A DNA stretch of 63,951 nt, counting the filler, from Octopus bimaculoides (lineage: Eukaryota), in NCBI RefSeq assembly GCF_001194135.2. It is 4 parts of 4 records of this genome, joined end to end, with 100 filler letters (N's around TTAATTAATTAA, not from the genome) between each part and the next. Parts side by side here need not be neighbours in the genome. Positions count along the whole stretch, not along the records: positions 26,007 to 45,706 come from NC_068999.1; positions 45,807 to 58,131 come from NC_068981.1; 2 more parts are not named here. One strand, 5' to 3'. The notes beneath the pieces were generated by a model. It saw only the letters and a program-made list of their open reading frames with translations. It was not told where the DNA came from and searched no databases. Numbering within the stretch: position 1 is the first letter of the stretch; each line of letters starts with the position of its first letter. This document shows positions 37,270 to 49,169 of the stretch, in pieces. A program made the position numbers and the translations under genes.

Positions 37270-38660
37270 CACTTCTTTATAGATGGTAAAGGAGAGATAA
37301 CACTTAAATAAGTTTGATTTCCCCGTTTGGTCATTTCAAGGGTTCTTACAATCATTGGTATTCTAACCGTGTTGAGATCCCATGTATTTTCGATTTCGAT
37401 TAACAAATCATTATATTTTCTGAGCTTATCAAATTCTTCTGCCGAAATATTAAGGTCAATGTGTATGCTCATATCAGTCAATAAACTGACTGTATTGTTT
37501 CGGTCTTTCACAACAATATATGGTATATTTGCTTTGATGGTCCGGTGTGTTCATAATGGAAAGTCTCAAAGAATCGTAACATTTTCTCCCTCAGTTACAG
37601 CCTCAGGTTGGGGCTTGTACCATCTGTTAGCAATGAAGATATTGGTCAAATCAGTCACTTCTTGATTTATACTCTACAGCTACTACAATCTTACACCAAG
37701 AGATTAAGTGGTCCACTGCTTGAATCTCATCGTTGAAGTATCGGCACTTTGGGTCTACACAATTTTTTATGACATAATTCCGGCTCAATAAGCTCTGAAC
37801 TTAAGCAGTCAAGATAAAGCCTTCAGTTTCCACCTTTAGCTCTGCGCTCCATGGCCACTGATGGGTGTGCTTCAGTTCTACATCAGCTTGTTTGCTACGG
37901 GCCGCATATTTGCCATGCAGAGTTTTTTGTCCCCACTTCTCAGCAATTTGTTCAAACACATATTGCTTCGCAATTATTTCACTTTCTTTGCAATTACATA
38001 ATGTTGTCTAAGCTCACTATTATGCATAAACAAACTAGCAATTATTTTGCTGCCCTCATAATAGAATGAACTTTCTCCCATAGATGTCAACGTGTTTTAG
38101 CATCCAGTCGATAGATGTATCAAGATATTTTGCGAGTCCAATTGTAGAAGTTTTTTAAGAGATTTCCAATTGGATTAATCTTGGATCACCTTCGGCTCTG
38201 GGATGGTAAAGGCGATCTACGTCTGCGTATGAATGGCGAATATTATTGCAAATCAGCAGGTTACGAATTTTCCTGGCAATCTTCCTTTTTTCGCCCATAA
38301 TGCAGTTCAACACATTGAAACTGTAAATAACAACCGGCACTGCTAATTCATTTGTATCTAACACATTGTTACGTGCATTTAAGTCGAATCCTAGGACTGC
38401 TCAAACTCTCCTGTAATATTCCTTCCTGATCTTCGCTTTCGTGCTTGCATACTGAATGCCAGAGCCCTTATTTATTCCAAGGTATTTGTAAGTTTGTTCC
38501 TGAACGAGTTATTTAATAAATGTGTCAACATCTAACGCTACTGAATGGTATGCCTTCAATTTCTTCTCCTGGAAATTGGCATTGGCACATTTATGAGGAC
38601 ACAATGTCATTCCGATATCATCACTGAATGCTTGCACAGTACGTAATAGTCTTTCAAGTT
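37270..38660 (-). mobile_element. R4/Dong-clade (RLE-type) non-LTR retrotransposon, decayed RT C-term + CCHC + endonuclease
   Basis: Minus translations: LLRTVQAFSDDIGM, QTYKYLGI, KIRKEYYRRV, LAVPVVIYSF, ADVDRLYHPRAEG, PKCRYF..VDHLISWC, EAVTEGENVTIL, KANIPYIVVKDRN, KYNDLLIEIENTWDLNTVRIPMIV. Many stops and frameshifts. Confidence 0.9.
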
Positions 38661-38887
38661 CATTATTGTCTTTGCAGCGCAGTTCTTGTTCTTCTGTTGG
38701 GTATCGGACATCTATGGCACCTATTGAGGCTTTTGCTCCTTTTCTTGCGTATTTACAGTATGTGTGTATCTGGGTATGCTTTTGGTGGCATGTTGCATAG
38801 TGGTGTGCGTGTGTAGCACATAAATGAACTATTGCATAGTATTAATGATTATCCTTCGACTGTTCTTTCGCTTTGAGTTCCGTTAAT

Positions 38888-38970
<83 letters not shown>
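38888..38970. repeat. Inverted microsatellite (AAT)n-(ATT)n
   Basis: Direct inspection; self-complementary. Confidence 0.95.
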
Positions 38971-38972
<2 letters not shown>

Positions 38973-39785
38973 AGGAGTAGTAATAGCAGTAATAGTAGTA
39001 GCGGTACCAGCAGCTACTGCTGTCTTTCTGGTAACTACGTTGTAATAGTAGTAATGTATGTAGTAGTCACAAAAATCATTGTCGCAATATCTGATATGCT
39101 GTACAGGATTTGCTATACCTAATTAATACGGATTGTTTGTGTATTATAACAGAAAACATTCATAAATGCTATGGATCTGTTGTATGTCCCACATTTGGCG
39201 AGATAATGTATTATTACGTTGTTGCTATTGCCAATCGCATAGAATATATGCTATGCTGAGATATGGCGAGTACAGGAGATTAACAATAATGGAATATCTC
39301 AATGACTGCCTCAAAACACGAATACGTGTAGAAATGGATTTGAAGTTAGCCATGATATGCAGAATGTGCAAACAAATCCTAGCAATCAGATCTCAATTAC
39401 TGACTCACAATCAGAATAGTGTATACATAAAAGATAATGAGAAGGAACAAAAAATAAACACAATAATGACAACGGAAAACATTGCAATTACCAGCAACGA
39501 GCAGAAGAGAAGTATTGTATATGTGAGAATGATGCATCATGATCAGCAAGAGAATTATGATAATAGATGTTGTGAACAACACATATTTATGCAACATATG
39601 CAAATGTAGGTAGGCGGATCATAAAATCATAAATGAAATCAAGGAATATATTCCGTGTGCAACGGAATGTAATGAAGAGAATGCCACCATAATGCAATGC
39701 TTAAGACAAGCTGATGAAAGGATTGTGAAGCCTTGATTCACATCCTTCAAGATAAGGATACATGGAAACCTACTTGCATTAAGAT

Positions 39786-39840
<55 letters not shown>

Positions 39841-40392
39841 TTAAATGAACTCAGACTTCAGAAAATCATATATGCCTGCAGGTCACTTATTTACGCTTGC
39901 TACTTCATATTCATACATCCATCATAATTTGTAGTTTACAAACCATAATTATTTTTTATGAGTCCATATATTTCATATTAAATATCATTGAATAGATAGA
40001 ACGATAATTCTGCCAGTTTATTCGTTGTTTTTAATCGTCTAGGAATCACTCAGTATATTTTTGCCGCATTTCTGAGACGCTGAAATGTAAATATTCTACG
40101 AGAATTCATTTATAAAAGATGCATTCTTTGGATTCTTATTGTCCGTTTTATATATATACAATCTTTTTAAAAATACATAATCATGTTTTCCCTCTTAGTA
40201 GTGTGTTTCCATATGGATATTATTATGATGGAATACACGACAAAAATGATTACAAAACAATAGATTAAATATGTTTAAGACGTATGCAAGTTTTGTAATT
40301 TTTAGTTTTGTTTTCAGTTTACAGAGAAAATAAAATATATTATATAACATATAACTCAGTGGCTATTTGACCCCTCGTATCATTAATAATAC

Positions 40393-40449
40393 CTGATTGG
40401 TAAAAGCAAAGTACCGCCCCTTGTACTGTCCGACCTGTTTGTTTATAAT
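40393..40449 (+). promoter_or_regulatory. Possible Pol II proximal promoter (reverse CCAAT, GC box, TATA-like)
   Basis: ctgattgg 40393-40400, ccgcccc 40414-40420, ttataat 40443-40449 in a local CpG patch. No downstream exon identified. Confidence 0.25.
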
Positions 40450-41981
40450 CGCGAGTGCCCGTTTTCTGTTTCTTTTATTTTTTAGTATAAAATATTTAAA
40501 AATGAATTAATATTTCTAATTTTTGGCATACACCATTTATTTTGTAAATATTTTCCATTTTCATAACTCGTTATTAATTCCCTTTCATTTTCTTGAAGTG
40601 GTGCGTTTCTAAAGGGGCACCGTCTATATTTTTATGTATGAATGCATGTATATATCTGAATTCTAACTTTATCCGCTTTTGATAGTTGTTGACATGTTTT
40701 TTGGGGTGTTTTTTGTACGTTTGGTAGGGAAGGATATTGAGAAATGGTTCTAATTATAATGTTTCCATTATTTTCCAAACCCATTCGTCTCCAATTGAGA
40801 AAAAAATAGTTTATTGTTTCAAAGGATATCCTCTACGTTCTGTTATATGTTCTACTTACTAAATTATACCACATGCATAGGTTATACCGATCTTTCTAAT
40901 GCTAAACAGCGATGTTTTCGATTCTGTTTTAACTAAAATAAACGTTCCTTGCTGTGAAAAGTAGGAAATTGTTACGCCAATATAAGCATGAACCCACGTA
41001 TTCCTCTATAAGTTTAATCTGTGTGGTGTGCTAGAGAAAAGTTTGCTACATTGTGTGTGTGCTTCAGAAAGCAAGAGTCTACAAACAAATAACTTATATT
41101 AGTCTAGATTGCGGAGTTTGTACGATTTGAACAAAATTGATAAGTTTGTACAATTGCTATTATATAATAGAGTAACTTCTTACTCGATTATTTCTTAAAA
41201 TATAATCTACTCTAATTTTTTTTCTGGTAACGATTCATCAATAATGTTTGAATATATAAATACAATGATGTCAACTGATACATTATGTCTGTCTATATTA
41301 CACGTAAATTGCTCAATGATAAATTACTTTTAGCTATTATTGCTAGGCAAGTTCAACACAACTTTCTGCTTGAGTCAATGTTCAAATCAGAATTTAAGGT
41401 AGTAAGTCAACGTCTTCAGAAGTCATCGTACATACCTACCGTAATTTTATCTTAACGGTATATATATGCATAATAACTTGAGTCAATATCTTTTTTAAAT
41501 CTTGAATGAAACATATATTTAGGTAAGTATCAGAGATACATCTATATATCTTATAGTTGATGGTTCTTTAACATACTTTCTTAATAGATATGTTTATCCT
41601 GAAATATAAAGATCTGTACCAGATATATTGTTTCTTACGCTGGAAATTATAACTGAAATTCCATTCTTCCTGCTTTCTTCTATGTCTATTACACGTTGCA
41701 GTATGCTAATGACCGATGATATTCTCTAATAATGAATTTTAATTTTTGATAGGTTAAATAAATTTGTAGCATCAATTTATTTTATTTAAACGATGGCTCT
41801 CATCAAATTACTATTATGGAAATGATAATTTTGTCAATCTTTAATCTCTATATTATTTTATCATTTCATTTCTAGATTTTATTATAAATTTGCAGGTGTA
41901 ATTAGCAATAAATGTCATACGTGTAATATCATTATACATCATTGCGTATATCATAAATATTATACCGAGTAATGCGGATTC

Positions 41982-42130
41982 GCATGGATTAGTGGTTATG
42001 GTATTTTACTTATTGTAAGACTGGTTTCAATTCCGGGACAGGGCAACACAATGTGTTCTTGTGCAAACCACTCTGTTTCACGTTTATCCACTCTATACAG
42101 TTAGCAAAAATACGTAATCCAAGGAAGAGC
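41982..42130 (+). mobile_element. tRNA-derived SINE family C, degenerate head
   Basis: gcatggattagtggtta (A-box like), ggtttcaattcc (B-box like), tgtgttcttgtgcaa..tttcacg; related to 60225-60440. Confidence 0.55.
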
Positions 42131-42843
42131 AAGCAAACATCCCAGTATGTATGCATGAGAATCTTTATGAGCATATGTCTCGGGAAGGTTAATTGATCCA
42201 TTTTCTTATAACAATTGTAAATTGGTTTTATTAATTTTATAAATCGATTTTAGGCGATCAGTCTCTCTCTTGAAGCACAACCAAGACAAGCTAAAAATAT
42301 TTTAGGTATTCATTGTTGTCACTTCTTCTTTGATATAATCTTATATTTGCAGTTCCAATTAACTTTGATGTGATTTCATGCACTTTATTGCATAAATCAA
42401 AGAGACAATTGTTTACATTTCAGGCGTTCTACTTCTCGTTGTATTTCTCGCATTTTACATTCGGTTCATGTTATAATTTTATGATATTCTTTCATCATAC
42501 TATCGAAATGATAAAGCATCCCAATCATTATATTATTTTGCAGTTTGACAATTTTAAAATTTCCATCACCCATGAATACAATGAATGTTTTTTTTAAATA
42601 TGTGAACGGAGTTTTATAGAAATAAATACAATAAAAAACAATCAACATTGCATTAGATGCAGACGTCAAGTTTTTTTCTGAGGTATAAGTATTGTCTACC
42701 TGATTTATGAGGCAATTATTGTGTTGTGCTTTTATATGAAACATTTTCATTGAAATACTGTGTGTTTCTTTGTATATATTCACACACACACACAGATTTA
42801 CACACACGAATACACATACACACACAAACACACACACACACAG

Positions 42844-42903
<60 letters not shown>

Positions 42904-43251
42904 GTAACATTTCTAATGCACATCGGCGTTACATTTCTGAGGGTGATCTGAATTAATATTACGTTATAATATAACATACGGACATGCATAAGAACTTGCA
43001 AGCATGCAAACAGTCACGTATATATAATCGCGTATATATATGTGTATGTAATAATTATATTTTACACCCAAATCTGCCAACGTTGAAGCCCGAAAAAGTC
43101 ACATGACAAAATCATATCCATATAGATCTATATATCAGTAGTTATTATTGTATGTTTATACTTAGTATACCTGCAGTTGCATGTGTTATTGATTAGTATA
43201 TTTGGCCCGTGGTCATGAATTGTCTTGGAGCTCTGAAACATAGAGCGCATA

Positions 43252-43690
43252 CTATTCTGTTCTACTCTAGGCACAAAACCCAAAAGTTTTGGGGAGGGGC
43301 CCATGTCGATTAGATCGACCCCACTACGTAACTGGTACTTAATTTATCGACTTAGAAAGGATGAAAGGCAGTGTCGACCTGGGCGGAATTTGAACTCAGA
43401 ACGTAACTGCAGACGAAATACTCCTAAGCATTTCGCCCTGCGTGCTAACTTTTCTTATTTCTTTATTGCCCACAAGTGGCTAAACATAGAGGGGATAAAC
43501 AAAGACCGAGAAAGGGATTAAATCGATTACATCGACCCCAGTGCGCAACTGGTACTTAATTTATCGACTCCGAAAGGATGAAAGGCAAAGTTGACCTCGG
43601 CGGAATTTGAACTCAGAACGTAACGGCAGATGAAATACCGCTAATGATTTCACCCTGCACGCTAACGTTTCTGCCAGCTTGCTGCCTTAG
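43252..43690 (-). mobile_element. Dimeric tRNA-derived SINE (family A), full length
   Basis: Same two-monomer order as 23684-24101; 10-bp TSD agagcgcata at 43242-43251 and 43691-43700. Confidence 0.92.
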
Positions 43691-44129
43691 AGAGCGCATA
43701 ATATTGTCATTAACACACGCATATTATATCATGTTCCTGCAATTCAGTCACACACAAATGTGTCCTAGCCAATGTTGATGCAACCATGACTCAATCACTT
43801 CACCAACTGTCACTTACATAATGTCCAATTGAGAAGAACATGGAAGAAATAACAGGGAAACTATTCATGTTCGCTTCCGCTTAAACATTTGAAATGTGAA
43901 GAAAAAATATAGTAAAAGCGTTGGATTCCCTAGGGAGTGACATGCAAGCAAAGACATTTAAGGAATACGAGGTTTTAGCCATTACAGTGCAATACAACAA
44001 TAGGTATGTCATTAAAGGCATACTAAAATGTGCTTGCATCAACGGAGCCAAACGTAAAACGTAATTGCAATCTAGATAAAATAGTGTCTCATTGTTTTTC
44101 ATTTACATATTTATTTTCCTTCTATATTT

Positions 44130-44195
<66 letters not shown>

Positions 44196-44371
44196 TACAT
44201 TGATATACATGAGATGCAAGTAAATCATTGACGTAAACGTATATAACCAGATCTACATGGCTATAGAATTTAGAATTTAGAGTCAAATGTATTTTTTGTC
44301 AAATACCACTACCAGATTTATAAAGATGCACTATCGAATGACTGAATTTAAATGGAACCTGATATATGTGC

Positions 44372-44416
44372 ATCACGTGAAATATAAATCACGTGATATA
44401 TAAATCACGTGATATA
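44372..44416. repeat. 16-bp tandem repeat x3, each with palindromic TCACGTGA
   Basis: TCACGTGA at 44373, 44389 and 44405. Confidence 0.9.
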
Positions 44417-45706
44417 TGAATATACATATATTTGTTGACACAAACGTGTATATATAAAGGAGCAACAAAACACCTTATAGGGAAAATAATGAATGGGTAA
44501 ATACATTCAAAGTTTTCTTTCGTTGTATGTTCTCAATAGTTAATAACGTGTGCATTTATATCGAGTTCTGTGCGTTACTTCGTACGATAAAGGAGGTCGA
44601 AATACGTATAAATAGTCTTTACATATATATGTGTGTGCGTGGGTGTGTGTGCGTGTGTGTCCACTCAAAAACTCTTGGCATACACATACGACACACGATG
44701 CTCAGCTACATAAACAATGAGAAACATAATTACGCACACGCATAGATATATAGCGATAAGAAAAATGATGAAATGATCTTTATTTTGTACAACACGTGAT
44801 ATATTTAATAAAAAGTAGTTTCATTCTGCGTTAATAAACAAAAAAATAAACATAGCTACCCGCTTTTGTTTTTCATCTAACCAACATTAGCCAAGAAATC
44901 CATTAACCATTTTTTCTCATCATCAACTTCTGATCCGTTGAAGAGCCTTAATTAAGAGTTATATCAAATAATGAGTTAATATAAGCGCCATTTTGAAACC
45001 TTCATATCATTTGGAAGTTATGTGTACAGAAATGTTCGAAGAGAAATTCCCGCGGTAGCAGTGCCCAACTAAGTTATGTTCACTTACATCAAAGTTCAGT
45101 TTCCTCGGGTCATAGTATTACAACGATGAAATGAATACTTTATTCAAAGGAAATGCTCCTTTGTATGTTCGTGTTACAAAATAAATAAAAAAATGAAGGT
45201 ACTGACTAACGGAAAATATATGCGAATGTATGATCTTTGTACTAAAGTGTATAAACTATATAGGCATATATTCTTTATGGTGAAATCTATACATTTGTAA
45301 CTAGGTATTAATATGTTACCGACGAAACATGCAGTAAGGATATGCATAGAAAAAATTACATTTTAATAAACATTAAATATATGTGAGTGCAATATAATTT
45401 TATATTTTACTCTATGAGCTTTGTATGCATCAGCATAAAACAGTTTGTAAGCACGTAATTCTAAATACCTTTTAGAGGCGATAAACACAATAACATGAAT
45501 TAACTTCATCACGCATATATAATCAGCGGGTATTGAAATAGTATTAAAGTCATTTTATACATGAAGGAATTGGAAATATCAATCAAATATATATTGGTAC
45601 TTATTGCTTATAATATATTAGGCCATATACTTTATTTTATATCTCCTGTGCATATTTTATTACTGTATCTGTAAGGAATTACATGAGCATCAAATTATAT
45701 ATATAT

Positions 45707-45806
45707 NNNNNNNNNNNNNNNNNNNNNNNNNNNNNNNNNNNNNNNNNNNNTTAATTAATTAANNNNNNNNNNNNNNNNNNNNNNNNNNNNNNNNNNNNNN
45801 NNNNNN
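45707..45806. other. Artificial scaffold linker
   Basis: 44 N + TTAATTAATTAA + 44 N. Confidence 0.95.
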
Positions 45807-45816
45807 TATCTATCTA

Positions 45817-45889
<73 letters not shown>

Positions 45890-45924
45890 ATACGAGAATT
45901 TACGAAAAAAAAACAACAACAGAC

Positions 45925-46030
45925 GAAGACAGGTGGTGTAAACAACAAATGGATGTATTAGTATAACGCTCGGGAATAGAGAAAGTCTTTAACGTTTCGA
46001 GCCTGCGCTCTTCAACAGAAAGGAACACAG
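45925..46030 (-). mobile_element. Penelope-like terminal-repeat fragment with minimal hammerhead-like fold (best copy)
   Basis: Minus strand CUUU-CUGUUGA-A-GAGC(GCAG)GCUC-GAAA-CGUU-AAAG at 45985-46023. Confidence 0.6.
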
Positions 46031-46409
46031 AAAGATACAAGGAGAGAAACAAGGAGAGAAAAAAAATATGAATGTAGTGGTCAGCAATCTATCATGGCGA
46101 ATGCCGGACAGAAGGATCACACAGGAGAGCTAAGAAAAAGAGATAAATATATATAAATATATAGGGAGAAAGTGAGAAGAAAAACAAGCGAAAATGCACA
46201 TTAGAAATTAAAAAAAGTAAAGGCTTTTTATGAAAAGTAACGATAGATATATACAATTAGATGAACTGAGTTAGGAATAAAAGTAATAAAAGTCATTATT
46301 GTGAGCTGTTAGAGAGATTCAAAAGCATACCGGTTTCGTAATGTTACTAATCATTGCTTTGAATGCACGCACACCGTAAATATACCGTACATATACGCGC
46401 GCGCGCGTG

Positions 46410-46446
<37 letters not shown>

Positions 46447-46755
46447 ACTCTCATGGTATATGTATATGTATATATTCACGTATGTGGGGTTATGTGCGTG
46501 AGTTCTAAATACTCTACCGATACAGTTAAAGACTCAAGACAAAGGAATCATATATAAGGAACCATAGGGGCGGGTTGTGACGTACGCCGTATCTTGGGCA
46601 TTTGAATGTGACATAAACCTCGGAGGGCTCGTCCATCTTCTGTGTGTATATGTCTACGCATGTTCGTATGAATGCAGGGATTGCAAAATTGAACATTGCG
46701 AATATTCTGTCAGTTAGTTGTGTTATGAATCGAATAATCTTCATCGAATAATCTC

Positions 46756-46814
46756 CATCGATCCATTCGATCATCGATCCATTCGATCATCGATCCATTC
46801 GATCATCGATCCAT
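46756..46814. repeat. 16-bp tandem repeat, about 3.7 copies (catcgatccattcgat)
   Basis: Direct inspection. Confidence 0.95.
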
Positions 46815-46834
46815 CTTCACATACATACATAGAT

Positions 46835-47064
46835 ACTCTTTACTCTTTACTCTTTTACTTGTTTCAGTCATTTGACTGCGGCCACGCTGGGGCACCGCCT
46901 TTAGTCGAGCAAATCGACCCCAGGACTTATTCCCTGTAAGCCTAGTACTTATTCTATCGGTCTCTTTTTGCCGAACCGCTAAGTTACGGGGACGTAAACA
47001 CACCACCATCGGTTGTCAAGCGAAGCTGGGGGGACAAACACAGACACACAAACATATACACACG

Positions 47065-47113
<49 letters not shown>

Positions 47114-47278
47114 GACGGGCTTCTTTCAGTTTCCGTCTTCCAAATCCACTCACAAGGCTTTGGTTGGCCCGAGGTTATAGTAGAAGACACTTGCCCAAGG
47201 TGCCACGCAGTGGGACTGAACCCAGAACCATGTGGTTGGTAAGCAAGTTACTTACCACACAGCCACTCCTGCGCCTAT
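46835..47278 (-). mobile_element. SINE family B, full length, young (tRNA head, CORE-like segment, internal (TA)n, tail, (AAGAGTA)n end)
   Basis: The minus strand begins ataggcgcaggagtggctgtgtggtaag..gggttcagtcccactgcgtggcaccttgggcaagtg; CpGs intact; possible TSD atacatacata on both sides. Confidence 0.93.
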
Positions 47279-47303
47279 ACATACATAAATACATGCAGTC
47301 ATA

Positions 47304-47968
47304 CAAACGGGATGCGTTAAAATATTATCCGACTTTATTTTTCTCCGCCAAAACTAATGCTGCATGGGCAAAATCCTTTGGATGGGTGATGATGCCACCC
47401 TTCTTGTGCATGAGTGAAACTTTCGCGTCGGTAGGCTGTACCCTGTTGTTACACCGAGAGTACAGGCGTGATGTGCGCCCTCGTCGGATTTGAGAGATTT
47501 CCATGCGGAGTTGCATCTACTACTCCGCCCATCACGTTGGGGGAGAATTTCGCCGACATTCTTCGCATGCACAAATCCTCTGTTAAAATGTGCATTATTC
47601 TCACTTCGTGAGCAATTTCTTAGATTGTTACTCGACAGTCTTCCATGACCATTCTCAACTCCTCGTTTTGGCTTGTGGATGACCTTTCTGAACGTGCCTC
47701 ACTCACCGCTGGATTATGGCCATGCTTGAAGCGGTTCTACCACTCTTGATCTGAGTTTTGTCCATGGCATCATCGCCAAAGGCTTGCTGAATCCTCTGAA
47801 AGGTTTGAGTTCGAGTATCACTAAGGATTTTGACAAAACTTGATGCCATATCTCTGCTCAGTGCGTTCGGTGAAAGTGAAACTCCAACGAGAACCTAAAG
47901 GATTTTGCCCACGCGGCATTAGTTTTGGCGAGAAAAAATAAAGTCGGATACTTTCCGAATGCACCTAT
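47304..47968 (-). mobile_element. Internally deleted mariner transposon with long TIRs and decayed transposase N-terminus
   Basis: ~55-bp inverted core (47326-47381 / 47895-47950), TA flanks. Minus translation EQRYGIKFC..FQRIQQAFGDDAMDKTQIKEW*NRFKHG..RMVMEDCRVTI*EIAHEV..HILTEDLCMRRMSAKF matches the mariner HTH region. Confidence 0.9.
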
Positions 47969-48845
47969 TAAAACTAATTATTATAAGTTCAATTGCAAAC
48001 ATGCAAAATATCAGCTCTATGATTTTAACTGTTATATTAGTTAAGCAATTATGACACGCCCTGCTGGCTCACAATGCACTAACAACAATGCACAATTGCA
48101 ATGCACCAAATCATACAACACAGTAAATAGTAAAAAGACATTAGTGCGCAATATATCCACAGTATATCTAAACCACACAGAGAAGTGCTAAAATAAATAC
48201 ACACACAACATACATTATGCAGCAGCAAAAATAAACATCTGACTGATGCCATGAATTTATGAGTAATGTCTATATCAATCTCACATACACGTATACATGA
48301 AGAAACGTGTATGCTGCGTAGAGACTCACATACATGTGTATTTGCATGTCCATTTCATTGTATTCATTTAAATAGTTATGTTCGCTTTCTCTTTTTAATT
48401 CAATTTTGACTGGCCACCTGCTTGGTAGCAACGTCATGAAGAAAAGCATCTTATTTTATCCTATTTATCTTATAAATCACAAGATCTTGGAGATTTTTAT
48501 AGTCTCACATGTCGTAATCATTTTTAGATATGAATTTGTTTTCTCTCCCCAAGAACCCAAATTCAGTCATACTTTGCTTCAGACGGGTTGGTACGCATTG
48601 TATGTATGTATGTATGCATGCACACCTTCTTATATTCTTATGCCAATCTGATAACGTGCCACTCCAGTATAGCCAACGGCAAATACTAAGGAAATTTTCA
48701 CAGGAAATCATTTACGAGCAATGGTGTTAGAAATGGAGTGAAACCGAAACAATCGTCACAGAGATGTGCTCAATTCATTCTTCGTCATATTTATATAACA
48801 ACGAAGGCAGCTAACTGCAATATAAAACCAAAAAGGAAAAAATTG

Positions 48846-48991
48846 AATTGTTACTAATTATGACTGACGGTGCCGCAAAGAAGCACGTCTATGCATAGGC
48901 ATGTTCTTCTTTGCAGCTCTAAAGGCTTATAACTCTTATTTCTAGCAATATAGGTGCTACCCTGCACCGTCGGTCACAATTAGTGACAATT
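48846..48991. mobile_element. MITE-like element, 28-bp inverted termini with an inner imperfect palindrome
   Basis: aattgttactaattatgactgacggtgc / gcaccgtcggtcacaattagtgacaatt (three mismatches). Confidence 0.55.
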
Positions 48992-49021
48992 ATATATTTA
49001 TATCTATTGATATATACAGTA

Positions 49022-49145
49022 TATCCACGTGATCGACTAGACTATCAGATGTTGTTATAAATCGCTAGTCACAATGCGCTTTGCATCGTTTTAGCTTTCG
49101 AATGATGACGTCCCGCTTGGCTAGGCGAGCAGGTCAACAGGAAAC
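49022..49145 (+). mobile_element. SINE-like repeat fragment
   Basis: cacgtgatcgactagactatcagatgttgtt..ggctaggcgagcagg, recalled as a common octopus repeat; single copy here. Confidence 0.4.
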
Positions 49146-49169
49146 ATCAACAGGAAACAGGAAACATCA

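Noticed and set aside
18882-46814. Short tandem repeats (13, 16 and 27 bp) as CRISPR arrays
   Set aside because: Contiguous units without spacers, no cas genes, eukaryotic context.
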